A stretch of 64,000 bases of DNA, taken from the NCBI RefSeq assembly GCF_035084215.1, contig NC_090340.1:5084001-5148000 (forward strand). The letters run 5' to 3'. This DNA comes from Heptranchias perlo (Eukaryota). Positions 1 through 13,129 of the stretch are shown here, one piece after another (position 1 is the first letter of the stretch; the number at the start of each line of letters is the position of its first letter). The position numbers were made by a program, and so were the translations under genes. The notes under the pieces were generated by a model that saw only the letters and a list, made by a program, of their open reading frames with translations, searched no databases and was not told where the DNA came from.

Positions 1-41
1 CCTGTTTCCATGTTGTAACTTCTATGATTCTATGATTCTAT
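1..41 (+). repeat. CR1 3' tail (ATTCTATG)n
   Basis: Matches the CR1 end at 21138-21175. Confidence 0.8.
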
Positions 42-2375
42 GAGCCGAGTTCTTGAACCGCTGCAGTCCGTGTGGTGAAGGTTCTCCCACAGTGCTGTTA
101 TGAAGGGAGTTCCAGCATTTTGAACCAGCGGCAATGAAGGAACAGCGAAATATTTCCAAGTTGGGATGGTGTGTGACTTGGAGGGGAATGTGCAGCTGGT
201 GTTGTTCCCATTTGCCTGCTGCCCTTATCCTTCCAGGTGTTAGAGGCCGCGAGTTTGCAGGTGCTGTCGAAGATGCCTTGGCGAGTTGCTGTAGTGCATC
301 ATGTGGATGGTGCACACTGCAGCCACAGTGCGCCGGTGGTGAACGGAGTAAACGTTTCGGGTGGTGGGTGGATTACCAATCAATCGGGCTGCTTTGTCCT
401 GGATGGTGTCGAGCTTCTTGAGTGTTGTTGGAGCTGCACTCATCCAGGCAAGTGGAGAAAATTGCATCACTCTCCTGACTTGTGATTGTAGATGGTGGAA
501 AGGCTTTGGGGAGCCAGGAGGTGAGTCACTCCCCGCAGAATACGCAGCCTCTGAATTGCTCTTGAACCCACAGTATTTATATGGCTGGTCAAGTTATGTT
601 ACTTGTCAATGGTGACCCACAGGATCTTGATGGAGGGTGATTCGGCGATGGTAGTGCCGTTGAATGTCAAGGGTAGGTGACTGGACTATCTTTTGTTGCA
701 GATGGTCATTGCCTGGCACTTCTCTGGCGCATGGTAATGCCGTTGAATGTCAAGTGGAGATTCTCTCTTTTTGGAGATGGTCATTGCCTGACACTTGTCT
801 GGCGCGAATGTTACTTGCCAGTTATCAGCCTAGGACTAGATGTTGTCCAGGTCGTGGTGCATGTGGGCACTGACTGCTTCATTATCTGAGGGGTTGCGAG
901 TGGAACTGAATACTGTGCAATCATCAGCGAACATCCCCATTTCTGACCTTATGATGGAGGGAAGGTCATTGATGAAGCAGCTGAAGATGGTTGGGCCTCG
1001 GACACTGCCCTGAGGAACTCCTGCAGCAATTCCCTCGGGCTGAGATGATTGGCCTCCAACAACCATTACCATCTTCCTTTGTGCTAGGTATGACTCCAGC
1101 CAATTGAGAATTTTCCCCCTGTTTCACATTGACTTCAATTTTACAAGGGCTCCTTGGTGCCACACCCTGTCAAATGCTGCCTTGATGTCAAGGGCAGTCA
1201 CTCTCACTTCACCTCTGGAATTCGGCTCTTTTGTCCATGTTTGGACCAAGGCGGTAATGAGATCTGGAGCCGAGTCGTCCTGGCGGATCCCAAACTGAGC
1301 ATCGGTGAGTCGGTTATTGGTGAGTATGTGCTGCTTGATAGCACTGTCGACGACACCTTCCATCACTTTGCTAATGATTGAGAGTAGACTGATCGGGCAA
1401 TAATTGGCCGGATCTGATTTGTCCTACTTTTTGTGGACAGGACATACCTGGGCAATTTTCCACATTGTCAGGTAGATGCCAGCGTTGTTGCTGTACTGGA
1501 ACAGTTTGGCTAGAGGCACGGCTAGTTCTGGAGCACACATCTTCAGCACTACAGCCGGGATGTTTTCGGGGCCCATATCCTTTGTTGCATCCAGTGCACT
1601 CAGCCGTTTCTTGATGTCACGTGGTGTGAATCGAATTGGCTGAAGACTGGATTCTGTGAAGGTGGGGATATCGGGAGATCACCGAGATGGAACATCCACT
1701 CGGCACTTATGGCTGAAGATGGTTGCAAACGATTCAGCCTTGTCTTTTGCACTCACGTGCTGGACTCTGCCATCATTGAGGATGGGTGTGTTTACAGAGC
1801 CTCCTCCTCCCTTTATTTGTTTAATTGTCCACGACCATTCACGACTGGATGTGGCAGGACTGGAGAGCTTTGATCCGATCGGTTGGTTGTGGAATCGCTT
1901 AGCTCTGTCCATAGGATGTTGCTTCTGCTGTTTGGCATGCATGTAATCCTGAGTTGTAGCTTCACCAGGTTAGCATCTCATTTATACGTACGCCTGGTGC
2001 TGCTTCTGGCATGCTCTTCTACACTCCTCATTCAAGCAGGGTTGATCCCCTGGTTTGTTGGTAATCGTAGAGTGAGGAATATGCCGGGCCATGAGGTTAT
2101 GGATTGTGGTGGAATACAATTCGGTTGCTGCTGATGGCCCACAGCGCCTCATGGATGCCCAGTTTTGAGCTGCTAGATCTGTTCTTAATCTATCCCATTT
2201 AGCACGGTGGTCGTGCAATACAACACGTTGGATGGTGTCCTTAGTGCGAAGACGGGACTTCGTCTCCACAAGGACTGTGCGGTGATCACTCCCACCATTT
2301 CTGTTATGGACAGATGCATCTGCGAATTTAGATTTGTGAGACGAGGTCAAGTAGGTTTTTCCCTCGTGTTGGTTT
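42..2375 (-). mobile_element. CR1-group LINE fragment (same family as 31662-33777), disrupted APE/RT
   Basis: ALDIKAAFDRVWHQG, GVPQGSVRGP, MFADDC, KLDTIQDKAARLIG; internal ~80-bp tandem duplication at ~647-806. Confidence 0.95.
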
Positions 2376-2520
2376 CGCTTCAGTCCAGATATTGGTGGGG
2401 CGGAAACTTTTATCACACAATTCTGCAGAAGTTGCTCTGAATTTTCCATCTGTCTACCCTAAGTTGCACTGAACAGGACATTCTATTTTCATTTGATAAG
2501 TTCAAACGGTTGAGTGTCCC

Positions 2521-4510
2521 CAACCCTGGTTCAATGAAGAGTGTTGAATAACATGCCAGGAGCAGCACCAGGCATACCTAAAATAGAGGTGCCAACCTGG
2601 TGAAGCTGCAACACAAGCATGCTAATGACCAGAAGTAAAAATGCTATAGACAAAGCTAAGCGATTCCACAACCAACGGATCAGATCAAAGCTCTGCATTC
2701 CTGCCACATCCGGTCGTGAATGGTAGTGGACTATTAAACAACTAACGGGAGGAGGAGGCTCCGTGAACATCAACATTCTCAATGCAGGTTCCAGCAGGTG
2801 AGTGCAAAAGACAAGAATGAAGCGTTTGCAAACATCTTCAGCCAGAACTGCCGATGATCCATTTTGGCCTCCTCCCGATATCCCCACCATCACAGAAGCC
2901 AGTCTTCAGCCAATTCGATTTACTCAGCGTGCTATCAAGAAACGGCTGAGTGCACTGGATACAACAAAGGAAATGGGCCCCGACAACATCCCGGCTGCAG
3001 TGCTGAAGACTTGTGCTTCAGAACTATCCGCCTCTAGCCAAACTGTTCCAGCACAGCTACTACACTGGCATCTATTCAACAATGTGGGATATTGCCCAGG
3101 TATGTCCTGTCCACAAAAAGCAAGACAAATCCAATCCTGCCATTTACCAACCCATCAGTCCACTCGCAATCATTAGCAAAGTGATGGAAGGTGTCATCGA
3201 CAGTGCTATCAAGTGGTACTTTCTCACCAATAACCTGCTCACCGATGCACAGTTTGGGTTCTGCCAGGACCACTCGGCTCCAGACCTCATTACTGCCTTG
3301 GTCCAAACATGGACAAGAGAGTAGAATTGAAGAGGTGAGTGAGAGTGACTGCTTTTGACATCAAAGCAGCATTTGACCGAGTATGGCACAAATGAGCCCT
3401 CGTAAAAATGAAGTCAATGGGAATCAGGGGGGAAAACTGTCCAGTGGCTGGAGTCATACATAGCACAAAGGATAATGGTAGCAGTTGTTGGAGGCCAATC
3501 ATCTCAGCCCCGGGACATTGCTGCAGGAGATCTTCAGGGCAGTGACCAAGGTCCAAACATCTTCAGCTGCTTCATGAATGTCCTGCCCTCCATCGTAAGG
3601 TCAGAAATGGGGATGTTCGCTGATTATTGTACAGTGTTCAGTTCCATTCGTAACCCCTCAGATAATGATGCAGACTGTGACCGCATGCAACAAGGCCTGG
3701 ACAACATCCAGGCTTGGGCTCATAAGTGGCAAGTAACAATCGCACCACACAAGTGTCAGGTAATGACAATTTCCAACAAGAGAGAGTCTAACCACCTCCC
3801 CATGAAATTCAACGCCGTTACCATCGCCGAATCCCCCAAAATTAATATCCTGGTCAGAACTGACCAGAAACTTAACTGGACCATTCGCATAAGTACTGTG
3901 GCTAACAGAGCAGGTCAGAGGTTGGGTATTCTGTGGCAAGTGACTCAACTCCTGACTCACCAAAGCCATTCCACCATCTGCAAGGCGCAAGTCAGGAGTG
4001 TGATGGAATACTCTCCACTTGCCTGGATCAGTGCAGCCCCAACAACACTCAAGAAGCTCGACAAAATCCAGGACAAATCAGCCCGCTTGATTGGCACCCC
4101 ATCCACCATGCTAAACATTCACTCCCTTCAACACCGGCTCACCGTGGGTTCAGTGTGTACCATCCACAGGATGCACTTCAGCAAATCGCCAAGGCTTCTT
4201 TGACAGCACCTCCCGAACCCGTGAACTCTACCACCTAGTAGGACAATGGCAGCAAGCACATCGGAGCAACACCACCTGTTCCCCTCCAAGTCACACACCA
4301 TCCCAACTTGGAAACATATCTCCGTTCCTTCATCGTCGCTGGGTCAAAATCCTGGAACTCCCTACATCACAGCATTGTGAAAGAACCTTCACCACATGGA
4401 CTGCAGCGGTTCAAAAAGGCGGCTCATCACCACCTTCTCAAGGGCAAGTCGGAATGGGGAATAAATGCTGGCCTTGCAAGCGACGTTTCATGAACGAATA
4501 GAAAAAATAA
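2521..4510 (+). mobile_element. CR1-group LINE fragment with 3' end, inverted relative to 42-2375
   Basis: RT ORF 3475-4203; ends catgaacgaatagaaaaaa. Confidence 0.95.
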
Positions 4511-4998
4511 TATCTCGGATATCCCGCACTAAAGTCGGCGGAAGATCGTTGGAAAAGCTCCAAAAACGCCATGGGGTGAAGTTCAACTGTGTGGTGGTGA
4601 TGGAGGGGCTGGGGTCAAAACGGGTGAGAGCGGATTGTCCGTCCATTATGCACACCGCCTGCCTTTCTTTTATGTTGAATGCAATGATATGATTGCCCGA
4701 TATGATCCTCTCAGTTTCCCACAGGGAGTGTTATGTTTAAATCACTCCAGAACTTTTCTCTCATCATTTTGCGAACAGTCGAGAAAACTCGCGCAGAAAA
4801 TGTAAGTCTAGTGTGTCCGGAGGTTTGCTCACCAATTCCTGACGCCTGTCCTCCCAGTTCCAGAGTATGCCCTTTGCGGGAGAGGAGCTGTATCACAAAC
4901 CTTCAAAATGGAATCGGTCCTCCAGCGATCAGAGTCCCGTATCATTGTGAAAGGGAACAGATACAGGTAACAACATGCCTGTAAGGCATCATTGCTAT

Positions 4999-5328
4999 GG
5001 TAGGAAATTTAATCCTTGGGCAATAGTGTAAAATGGGCGATATCCAATTGGCCGCTCATTATAAGCCCTGGTCTATTCTCCCTCCACTGACTTCGATGGA
5101 AAGGGAAATCCGACACAGTAATGGACGGCTGATTCGATACCGCCCGTTTTGCATTATAGCCCGAAGTTAAACTTACCCAATGAGCGATAATATAAAATGG
5201 GCGATAGCGAATGGACAGCCCATGAGAAAAACTCCCGATTTTTAATTCCCTTGACTGTAATTGACTAAAACGGGCTACCGATTCGCTATCACCTGATTTA
5301 TACCATCACACAAAGTCAAATTACCCCC
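4999..5328. mobile_element. Two adjacent degenerate hairpin MITEs (GGGG...CCCC family)
   Basis: Arms gggcaatagtgtaaaatgggcgatatc / cgcccgttttgcattatagcccgaagttaaacttaccc; related copies at ~11520-11640, 23127-23262, 28802-28913, 49019-49160 and 53234-53405. Confidence 0.65.
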
Positions 5329-6687
5329 TGTGGATTGAAATTTATAGGGCATTTGAAGATCAGAGAAATCCAGCAGTTAAAAAACACATCGGCCTCCTCA
5401 GTGTTCTCTCTTCTTCCTCTGAAACCAACTCTGCCACTAAGCAGACCCAGTTCCGGTGCGGGGTCGCAGCCGTTGAAATGACACACTTGAAGTCGGAAAG
5501 AATTAACCTTCTCGCGATGTATGAACATAAATCAGATGTTAAAATTATATTAACATGTGGTGTATAATAGTGCCCGTTGCAAACCACATAACTTCATTCC
5601 ACGAGGTTGAAATAAATTAAGCGCTTGAAGTACTGAAGACCGGAAAGGTGCTCACAGCCGCTTTCGCAAGTACACGTAAACAGCGATATTGGAATAAATG
5701 TGGGGCAACAGTTTTCAGTAAAACAGAATCCACATCACGGTTTTGGTAAAAGGTCAGATTAAGTCATACCTACCTGTAAACGCCAGCAGTGGAACACCGA
5801 CTCGATAACCCCTTCACTGCTGTAGATAAAATATATCTGCTGTATTTCCATTTCGTCCAGTCCATCGTGGTGACATTTTAAAGGGATAACATTTCTTTTG
5901 GCGCTCTCTGCAGCCCGCTGGTTACATTGTAGATGTGTGCGTCTTCTTAGATAAGTCGTTAACGCATTAACACCCATCAGCTTATTTAGTAACGCACACG
6001 TTCATTCTCCCAGAGCTACAGCGAACCCTCTCATCCCGTGTACACCTACCTGAGAGTCAATCTCTTCGAAAAGAGTCAAACTATTCGGGAATGACATTTA
6101 TTGATAATCTGAACGATGTTATTTCAAGAGGGCGGGGAATATCCCAGATAAATGCAAGTACACGTGAAAACAATATTTTCACCAACAGATCAATCACAAG
6201 AAAGGCAATAATTGGATATGTGACAGATGTTCAAATCACCCCGATGAGGCGCGGCTTGGAGCAATGACTGAAACATCCGACTGAATCTGCACCCATATGA
6301 GTGGGAATCATCAACTGAGAGAGGACGAAATGTTTATATCTGGATTGAGCTGGTGGAGGTGAGTTATGTGGGATGCAGCTTAGTCTTTCGAAAAGTCTCA
6401 ACGATATGAAACGATTTTAAATAACACAATTCTTCAGTAAATTTGCAACAAAATCCACGTGCAAGAATTTACTCCAGTAATGAAGATTTTATTACAGTTG
6501 AAAACAGTTTTGTTTTGGAGGCATGTTGTACAACTGTGTTCCCTGTCGCCTAACCGTTAATGTCAAAATACATTAATATGTTGGTTTCTCTTTCTCTGGT
6601 GCACCATGGACACTTTTTCTGCCTTCACGTCACCACTACTGCTTCATTCATCTCATTTACTGCCCTACTCGTTCTGCTACATTTTTA

Positions 6688-7430
6688 GATGTGCCGTCTT
6701 TCGGGTAAGAAGTTAGACCCAGACCCTGTAGCCCTCTGCGGTTCAAATTGCCGCGCAAGATCCCATGATATGATCGTAAGAAAAATAAGACATTTTCTTG
6801 GGAGCTGGGTAGCATGCCTCCCAAAACCGACCCCAGCAAAACAGAATAATAGATAATTTATCTAATTGATTCTTTAAAATTGGCTGCCTACATAATAACA
6901 GCCATTACACTTCAAGAAGAAATTCCTTGTTCGTAAAAGAGGTTTGGGATGTGATGAAGACGTAATATGTCGCTTTATATGTTAGCCTATGCTCAGTTGT
7001 CGCATTCCTGCCTCCATATCAGAAGGTTGTGAGTTCAAGCCTCGCCCCCCTCCCATAGACCTGAGCACGTAGCCGAGGTTGACACGCCAGTGCAGTACTG
7101 AAGGAGTGCTGCACTTTCAGACATGCGGTCTTTCCATAGAGACATTGAGCTGCGCTCTCAGGTCGACGTTAAATATCCCATGATACTACTGAAAGAAGGG
7201 CAGGGGAGTTCTCCCTTGTGTCTTGCTTAATTTGTATTCCTCAGCCAACATCAGTAAATAAACAGATTATCTAGTCATTATCTCATTGCTGTTTGTGTGA
7301 TCTTGCTGTGCGAAAATTGGCTGCGGGTTTAATACATTACAGCAGTGAACCTTCAAAAGTATTTCATTGGCAGTAAAATGAGGGCCTAAGGCCGTGAAAG
7401 GCGCTAAATAAATGCAAGTTCTTTCTTTCT
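6688..7430 (+). mobile_element. Two tandem Deu-domain tRNA-derived SINEs (SacSINE1/AmnSINE1-like): partial 6688-6980 and full 6985-7430
   Basis: gctcagttg...gagttcaag head; tgacac.ccagtgcagtactga.ggagtgctgcact core; taaatgcaagttctttcttt tail. Confidence 0.8.
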
Positions 7431-8476
7431 CTGCTATTTCTCTGTATATTTTTCAACCTTTGCGTGTTCCTCGTCATCTTCAACTAGTTATCATAATTGT
7501 ATTCGCTTTCCTTGCTGGTTTTCGTTACAAATCCTGCACAATGTGAGTTAGCAATTCCCAGTTGTTCGCCTGTTTCTTAGAAGGATCCTTCCAACCCCTC
7601 CTGAAACTGTGCAATTACACCTTCAAAGCAAATTCATTTTCTGCAGAAACGAGCTACGACCATAATTAAGGCCCAACTTGGCATTCTCGCGCTGAAATGC
7701 ATACAACGGCTGTTTCGTCCTTTGGGCGCTACCGATACCGAATTGTGCCAGCAAGGATTGCTGACCATGAAAGTCGTGAGCCCATAATGCCTGATCTTCT
7801 GCTTTTAAACGCAACCTAGGCAGAAATACAAACACTGCGGAACTAGAATTTCCTGCCCAGTGATCCTTGCAAGCGCCTTTCTACGGCAGCACCTCCAGAT
7901 CAGCCCCTGCCGTGACCATGTTATGCATCGCACACGCGTTTAATGGCACCATCTCTTCCGGAAAGGGTTTCAAGTGTTGTGGGGGATTCATGATATATGA
8001 ACAAGTGTTTTTAGACTGCTGACTCAGTAGTTATGATATGAATCAATAATGTATCAGAAAATGACCAGATGCCATTACATCAACCAATCGGGGCATTTCC
8101 GTTAGTGACAGTTTTGAATAATTGAGAACTTGTTACTTTGAGCATGGAGGAAAATTTATCCGAGAATTGTTGGAGAAAGAGACCAAGTCGGATTCTGCAG
8201 GGAGCACGGAAATAATATTTTGGTTCATTGGGGGCTTTGTTCGGGAGCAATAAATAATAAAAAATACAAGCTGAACTCTGATTTTTCATCTGAATTAATC
8301 ATTTTTTACCCTTTACGGTGCAACTAATATGTATGACCACGTCTCTTCTGCGCGTAGTCCCACTTACTTTATGGTGTTAGGGTTGATAAATTAAGACATT
8401 CGACATTCAACAACGGAGACAAACATAGTTGTTCCCAGGATTCGTAAAATATCTGATGCTAATTCGCCAACTTGAA

Positions 8477-9824
8477 TTTTTTTTATTCGTTCATGGGATG
8501 TGGGCTTCGCTGGCGAGGCCGGCATTTATTGCCCATCCGTAATTGCACTTGAGAAGGTGGTGGTGAGCCGCCTTCTTGAACCGCTGCAGTCCGTGTGGTG
8601 AAGGTTCCCCACAGTGCTGTTAGGAAGGGAGTTCCATTATTTTGACCCAGCGACGATGAAGGAACGGCGATATATTTCCAAGTCGGGATGGTATGTGACT
8701 TGGAGGGGAACGCACAGGTGGTGTTGTTCCCATGTACCTGCTGCTCTTGTCCTGCTAGGTGGTAGAGGTCGCGCGTTTGGGAGATGCTGTCGAAGAAGCC
8801 TTGGCGAGTTGCTGTACTGCATCCTGTGGATGGTACACACTGCAGCCACTGTGCACCGGTGGCGAAGGGACTGAATGTTTAGGGTGGTGGATGGGGTGCC
8901 AATCAAGCGGGCTGCTTTGTCCTGGGTGGTGTCGAGCTTCTTGAGTGTTGTTGGAGGTGCACACATCCAGGCAAGTGGAGAGTATTCCATCACACTCCTG
9001 ACTTGTGCCTTGTAGATGGTGGAAAGGCTTTGGGAAGTCAGGAGGTGAGTCACTCGCCGCAGAATACCCAGCCCCTGACCTGCTCTTGTAGCCACAGTAT
9101 TTATATGGCTGGACCAGTTAAGTTTCTGTTCAATGATGAACCCCAGGTTGTTGATGGTGGGGGATTCGGCGATGGTAATGCCGTTGAATGTCAAGGGGAG
9201 GTGGTTAGACTCTCTCTTGTTGGAGATGGTCATTGCCTGGCACTTGTCTGGCGCGAATGTTACTTGCCACTTATGAGCCCAAGCCTGGATGTTGTCCAGG
9301 TCTTGCTGCATTAGGGCTCGGACTGCTTCATTATTTGAGGGGTTGCGAGTCGAAGTGAACACTGTGCAATCATCAGCGAATATCCCCATTTATGACCTTA
9401 TGATGGAGGGAAGATCATTGATGAAGCAGCTGAAGATGGTTGGGCCTAGGACACGGCCCTGAGGAACTCCTGCAGCAATTCCTTGGGGCTGAGATGATTG
9501 GCCTCCAACAACCACTACCATCTTCCTTTTTGCTTGGTATGACTCCAGCCATAGAGTTTTCCCCCTGATTCCCATTGACTTCAATTTTACGAGGGCTCCT
9601 TGGTGCCACACTCGGTCAAATGCTACCTTGATGGCAAGGGCAGTCACTCTCACCTCACCTCTGGAATTCAGCTCTTTTGTCCATGTTTAGACCAAGGCTG
9701 TGATGAGGTCTGGAGCCGAGTGGTCCTGGCGGAACCAAAACTGAGCGTCGGTGAGCAGGTTATTGGTGAGTAAGTGCAGCTTGATAGCACTGTCGACGAC
9801 ACCTTCCATCACTTTGCTGATGAT
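8477..9824 (-). mobile_element. CR1-group LINE, 5'-truncated, complete 3' end
   Basis: RT ORFs 9390-9653 and 8637-9389; ttttttttattcgttcatgggatg tail. Confidence 0.95.
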
Positions 9825-11027
9825 TTTCCTGTTTCCACACTTAATATATATTATAGAGCCATGACGGCCTGAAACCTCCGCACAGAAAACTCAGCTTTTT
9901 ATATGTTCACAAATAATCGGTAATTTTTTCAAAATTGTCAGTCCCTGTGAGTTATGAGAAGCTTGGGAAATTGATCATCGAATCTTTCCATTGAGGTTCT
10001 TCATCACCTTCAGATAATGTACAACGACCATTATTAACCAGTATAATGAGTTTCCCACTTCATCATACTTCACAATAAATACGCTTTCTTAAAAATTGAA
10101 ATTGTTGGGTGAAGGTCAAGGACAATGGATTGTTTGAAACGAGAAGTAGAGAAAACGAGATGAATACAAAAGCACCGATTAGGTGATGTCCCAGTACCCC
10201 AGCTTTATCGTGATTTCATCCAGACAAATTTTCAATGAATCTAATAGTGTTGGTTCTGCAGCCCCTGCTGAAAAAATATTTCAGTCGCTGACTTAAAGAG
10301 AAAACTTCCGGATACATCTTTATAAAAATATTTCTTATAATCTGCTTACGGCCTTGCATTTGTGTAGTCATGTAACCCTTTTTTCATTTTAGACTTAAGA
10401 GGAATGGACATATCTCCCGAGCTCTATGTGCAACCAAATCTTTAACTTTATCCTTACCAGAGTTGAAACGTGAAGAGGTGGTAGGAAGGAATGTGATATA
10501 TTTTTATTTCACCAGAACAAAATCTTACAAGTAGATTTATTACAGAAGAAAAACAAATAAAATACAAGAAGGCAAAAAAAAATCCCCATATTCGATGATA
10601 TGAATACTCTTTCCTGAGCTCATTCTGTTAACACTCGAATAACAGTGATACATTGGAAAGATCATTTCAGTTAAATGGATACGAAGAACATGAGAAAAGT
10701 CAAGAACCAGTAAAGACCAGTCGGCTCACTGAAGCTCATCGCCCAAGTACTCCAGCTCTCCCATTAGGGCATCCAGACACATTTACAACGCACTTAACAG
10801 TTTTGGTTCTGTTGCTCCTTTTGAAGAAGTATTCCAGCCTCTGAGTAAAAAACAACTATTTCTTATTTGTTTAGTTTATGTTTTGTCCTCTGGTATTCCT
10901 TCCGGGATTTAGTTTGAAACTCTGCATTCATCTTATCTGTACAATTTAATGTTTTATAGATCCCAGTAAGTTCCTAAATTAACTGCGTTCTTCCGAGCCT
11001 GCAGTGCTTGTCCTCCTCTACCAGCGC

Positions 11028-11485
11028 TCGCCTTGGATCAGTAATAGCATTCCCCTCTCTGATTCAGAAAGATAATATTTGAATACCCACTCAAAGACTC
11101 GAGCACATAATCTAGGCTGACACTTCAAGATAGTACTGAGGGATGCTGCACTGTCGGAGGATGCCTTCTTTCGGATGAGACGTTAAGTCAAGTCCCCGTC
11201 TGTCCTCTCAGATGGAAGTAAGTGATCCCATGACACTATTTCAAGAAGAGCAGCGAAGTTCTCCTGGTGTCCTGGCCAATATTCATCGACAAATCAACGT
11301 CACTAAAACAGTTATCTGATCACAGATGTTAATTGTTGTTTATGGGATCTTGTGTGCAAATTGGCTGCCCCGTTTGCCCTACTTTACAACAGTGACTACA
11401 CTTCAAAAGTACTTCAGTGACTATGAATCGTTTTGTGATGAGCACAGGTCGCAGAAAGCGCTACATTAATGCAGTTTTGTTCTTT
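11028..11485 (+). mobile_element. Deu-domain SINE
   Basis: gctgacact...gtactgagggatgctgcactgtcggagg...tttcggatgagacgttaa core. Confidence 0.85.
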
Positions 11486-12136
11486 GTTCCTTCCTAGCTG
11501 ATTCCCCGTTCACTGAGATTAATTTTGCTCCACTCCTTGCACCAATCCAATCCCTATGGCCAGACTTCAATGGGACAGAAAATCCAGCAGAGTGCAAAAT
11601 GAGCTGCCGATTCGCTATCGCCTGTATTGTGCTATCGCTTATACTACATACAAATTAAATCCACATTCCCATCAATTTTCAAATAACTCAAGTCACTGAC
11701 ACCTTAACGATCACGGTGTTGTGATTTAGGACGCAGCTACCAATCAGTAATCCGCACCAAATCCAACCCTTTCCAAACTACAGAAAATTCAATCAGCACA
11801 AAGCAGCAAAAAGCAAATGCAGGTGCGAACCCGAATCAGATGCGTGGCCATGAAGGTCTATGGCCGGTTAAAACAGAGCTTGGACATTACTGTCACTTGG
11901 ATTTCTGCAATCTATTTCATCATCAGCTTGTAAAATAAGGCGAAGGGGACAGTCAAACAGGAGCGCCGTTTTTACATCCACTCTGGCCGTTAATTATTAA
12001 CTATTATAAATTCGTACTCTCCACCATTCCACTTAGAATAGTTGCCATTATCTTGCCTGTTATTAATTTCAGGTTAATGTGCCTGCAGTTAGATACACTG
12101 AAACAAATAAAACGGGTTCACCATTGGTCACGAATA

Positions 12137-12304
12137 TTACTTGGCTTTCCGTTCCTCGTAAATAACGTCTGCTCTTTGGTTTTTCATCCGAAGCTGAGCG
12201 TACTTCGTGCACTTATCCTTACGTGGAGGCTCTGCTGTTTTCTTGGAGCCTGTCATGTCTATTGAAGCGTAGGTCAGCTGGTTCTCGGGTGCCCTTTGCT
12301 TGGT
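12137..12304 (-). CDS. IgSF receptor exon 7: terminal exon with ITIM LTYASI, ITSM-like TKYAQL and VIYEE; stop TAA
   Basis: Acceptor ATTTCACAG, phase 0; TKQRAPENQLTYASIDMTGSKKTAEPPRKDKCTKYAQLRMKNQRADVIYEERKAK*. Confidence 0.85.
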   Translation of the reverse strand, partial: TKQRAPENQLTYASIDMTGSKKTAEPPRKDKCTKYAQLRMKNQRADVIYEERKAK

Positions 12305-12517
12305 CTGTGAAATCAATGTATGGGAATCTCATCAGTTCGATAATTTAACTGTATGTAGATTACTTTTAATCAAATCATTGGAATAACTAGAACTTCGAAG
12401 AATCAGGGCTAAATACAACAGATTACCAAAGATCTATTAAAGCTATTTCTTGCACCATCCCGCATGTCCGTTAATTACAGGTAATTTGTGTCTCTTTGTT
12501 CTGCTCCTCGACCCTAC

Positions 12518-12625
12518 CTGGGCATACACTGTCCTCTCTTGATGCTTTGGTCTTGGATCTTCCCGGGAATTGGTCATATCTAGTGCAGCATAAGGCGCCA
12601 TCTCATCCACTGTTGCCTGCATAGA
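12518..12625 (-). CDS. IgSF receptor exon 6: cytoplasmic exon with APYAAL and TVYAQ motifs
   Basis: Acceptor GCCTTTTAG (alternative in-frame ATGCAG 9 nt further), donor CAG|GTAGGG; SMQATVDEMAPYAALDMTNSREDPRPKHQERTVYAQ. Confidence 0.82.
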
Positions 12626-12720
12626 CTAAAAGGCAAAATTATATCTTGTTATGTTGTTGGGACAGATGTCGCGGTTGGACGCTCCCGGCGAAGAACGATG
12701 CAAGCAGGCCCGGAAATCAT

Positions 12721-12964
12721 GGGGGTGATTTTAAACCCCAAGAACGGGTGGGTTGGGAGCGGGCGGGAGTTGAAAATAGTTGTTTTTTGGGGTTGCAACC
12801 GCAACCCGGCTTTATTTCTGGGTTTAACTTGGGTGCGTAAAAGTACAGGCTTCCCACTGGGAATGCCAAGTCCAAACATTTTGCAGTTGCGACCCAAAAA
12901 AACAACTATTTTCAACTCCCACCCGCCCCCAACCCACCCGTTCTTGGGGGTTAAAATCACCCCC
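12721..12964. mobile_element. Young MITE (244 bp) with ~85-bp near-perfect TIRs, in intron 5 of the receptor gene
   Basis: GGGGGTGATTTTAAACCCCAAGAACGGGTGGGTTGGG... mirrored at the right end; flanked by AT (or CATG) on both sides. Confidence 0.9.
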
Positions 12965-13129
12965 ATGGGTCCAGAGTCCATCCATTAAATTAATGGATGG
13001 AAATTGAGTTGCAGCCGCCCACAACTTTCCGGCCGCGCTCCATGCCAGCGCCGTCAGCAGCCAAAAGGCGGAATCAGTCCTATTAACACAAATACTAAAA
13101 AAATACCTGGGGTGGGGCGGGGGGTGGTG

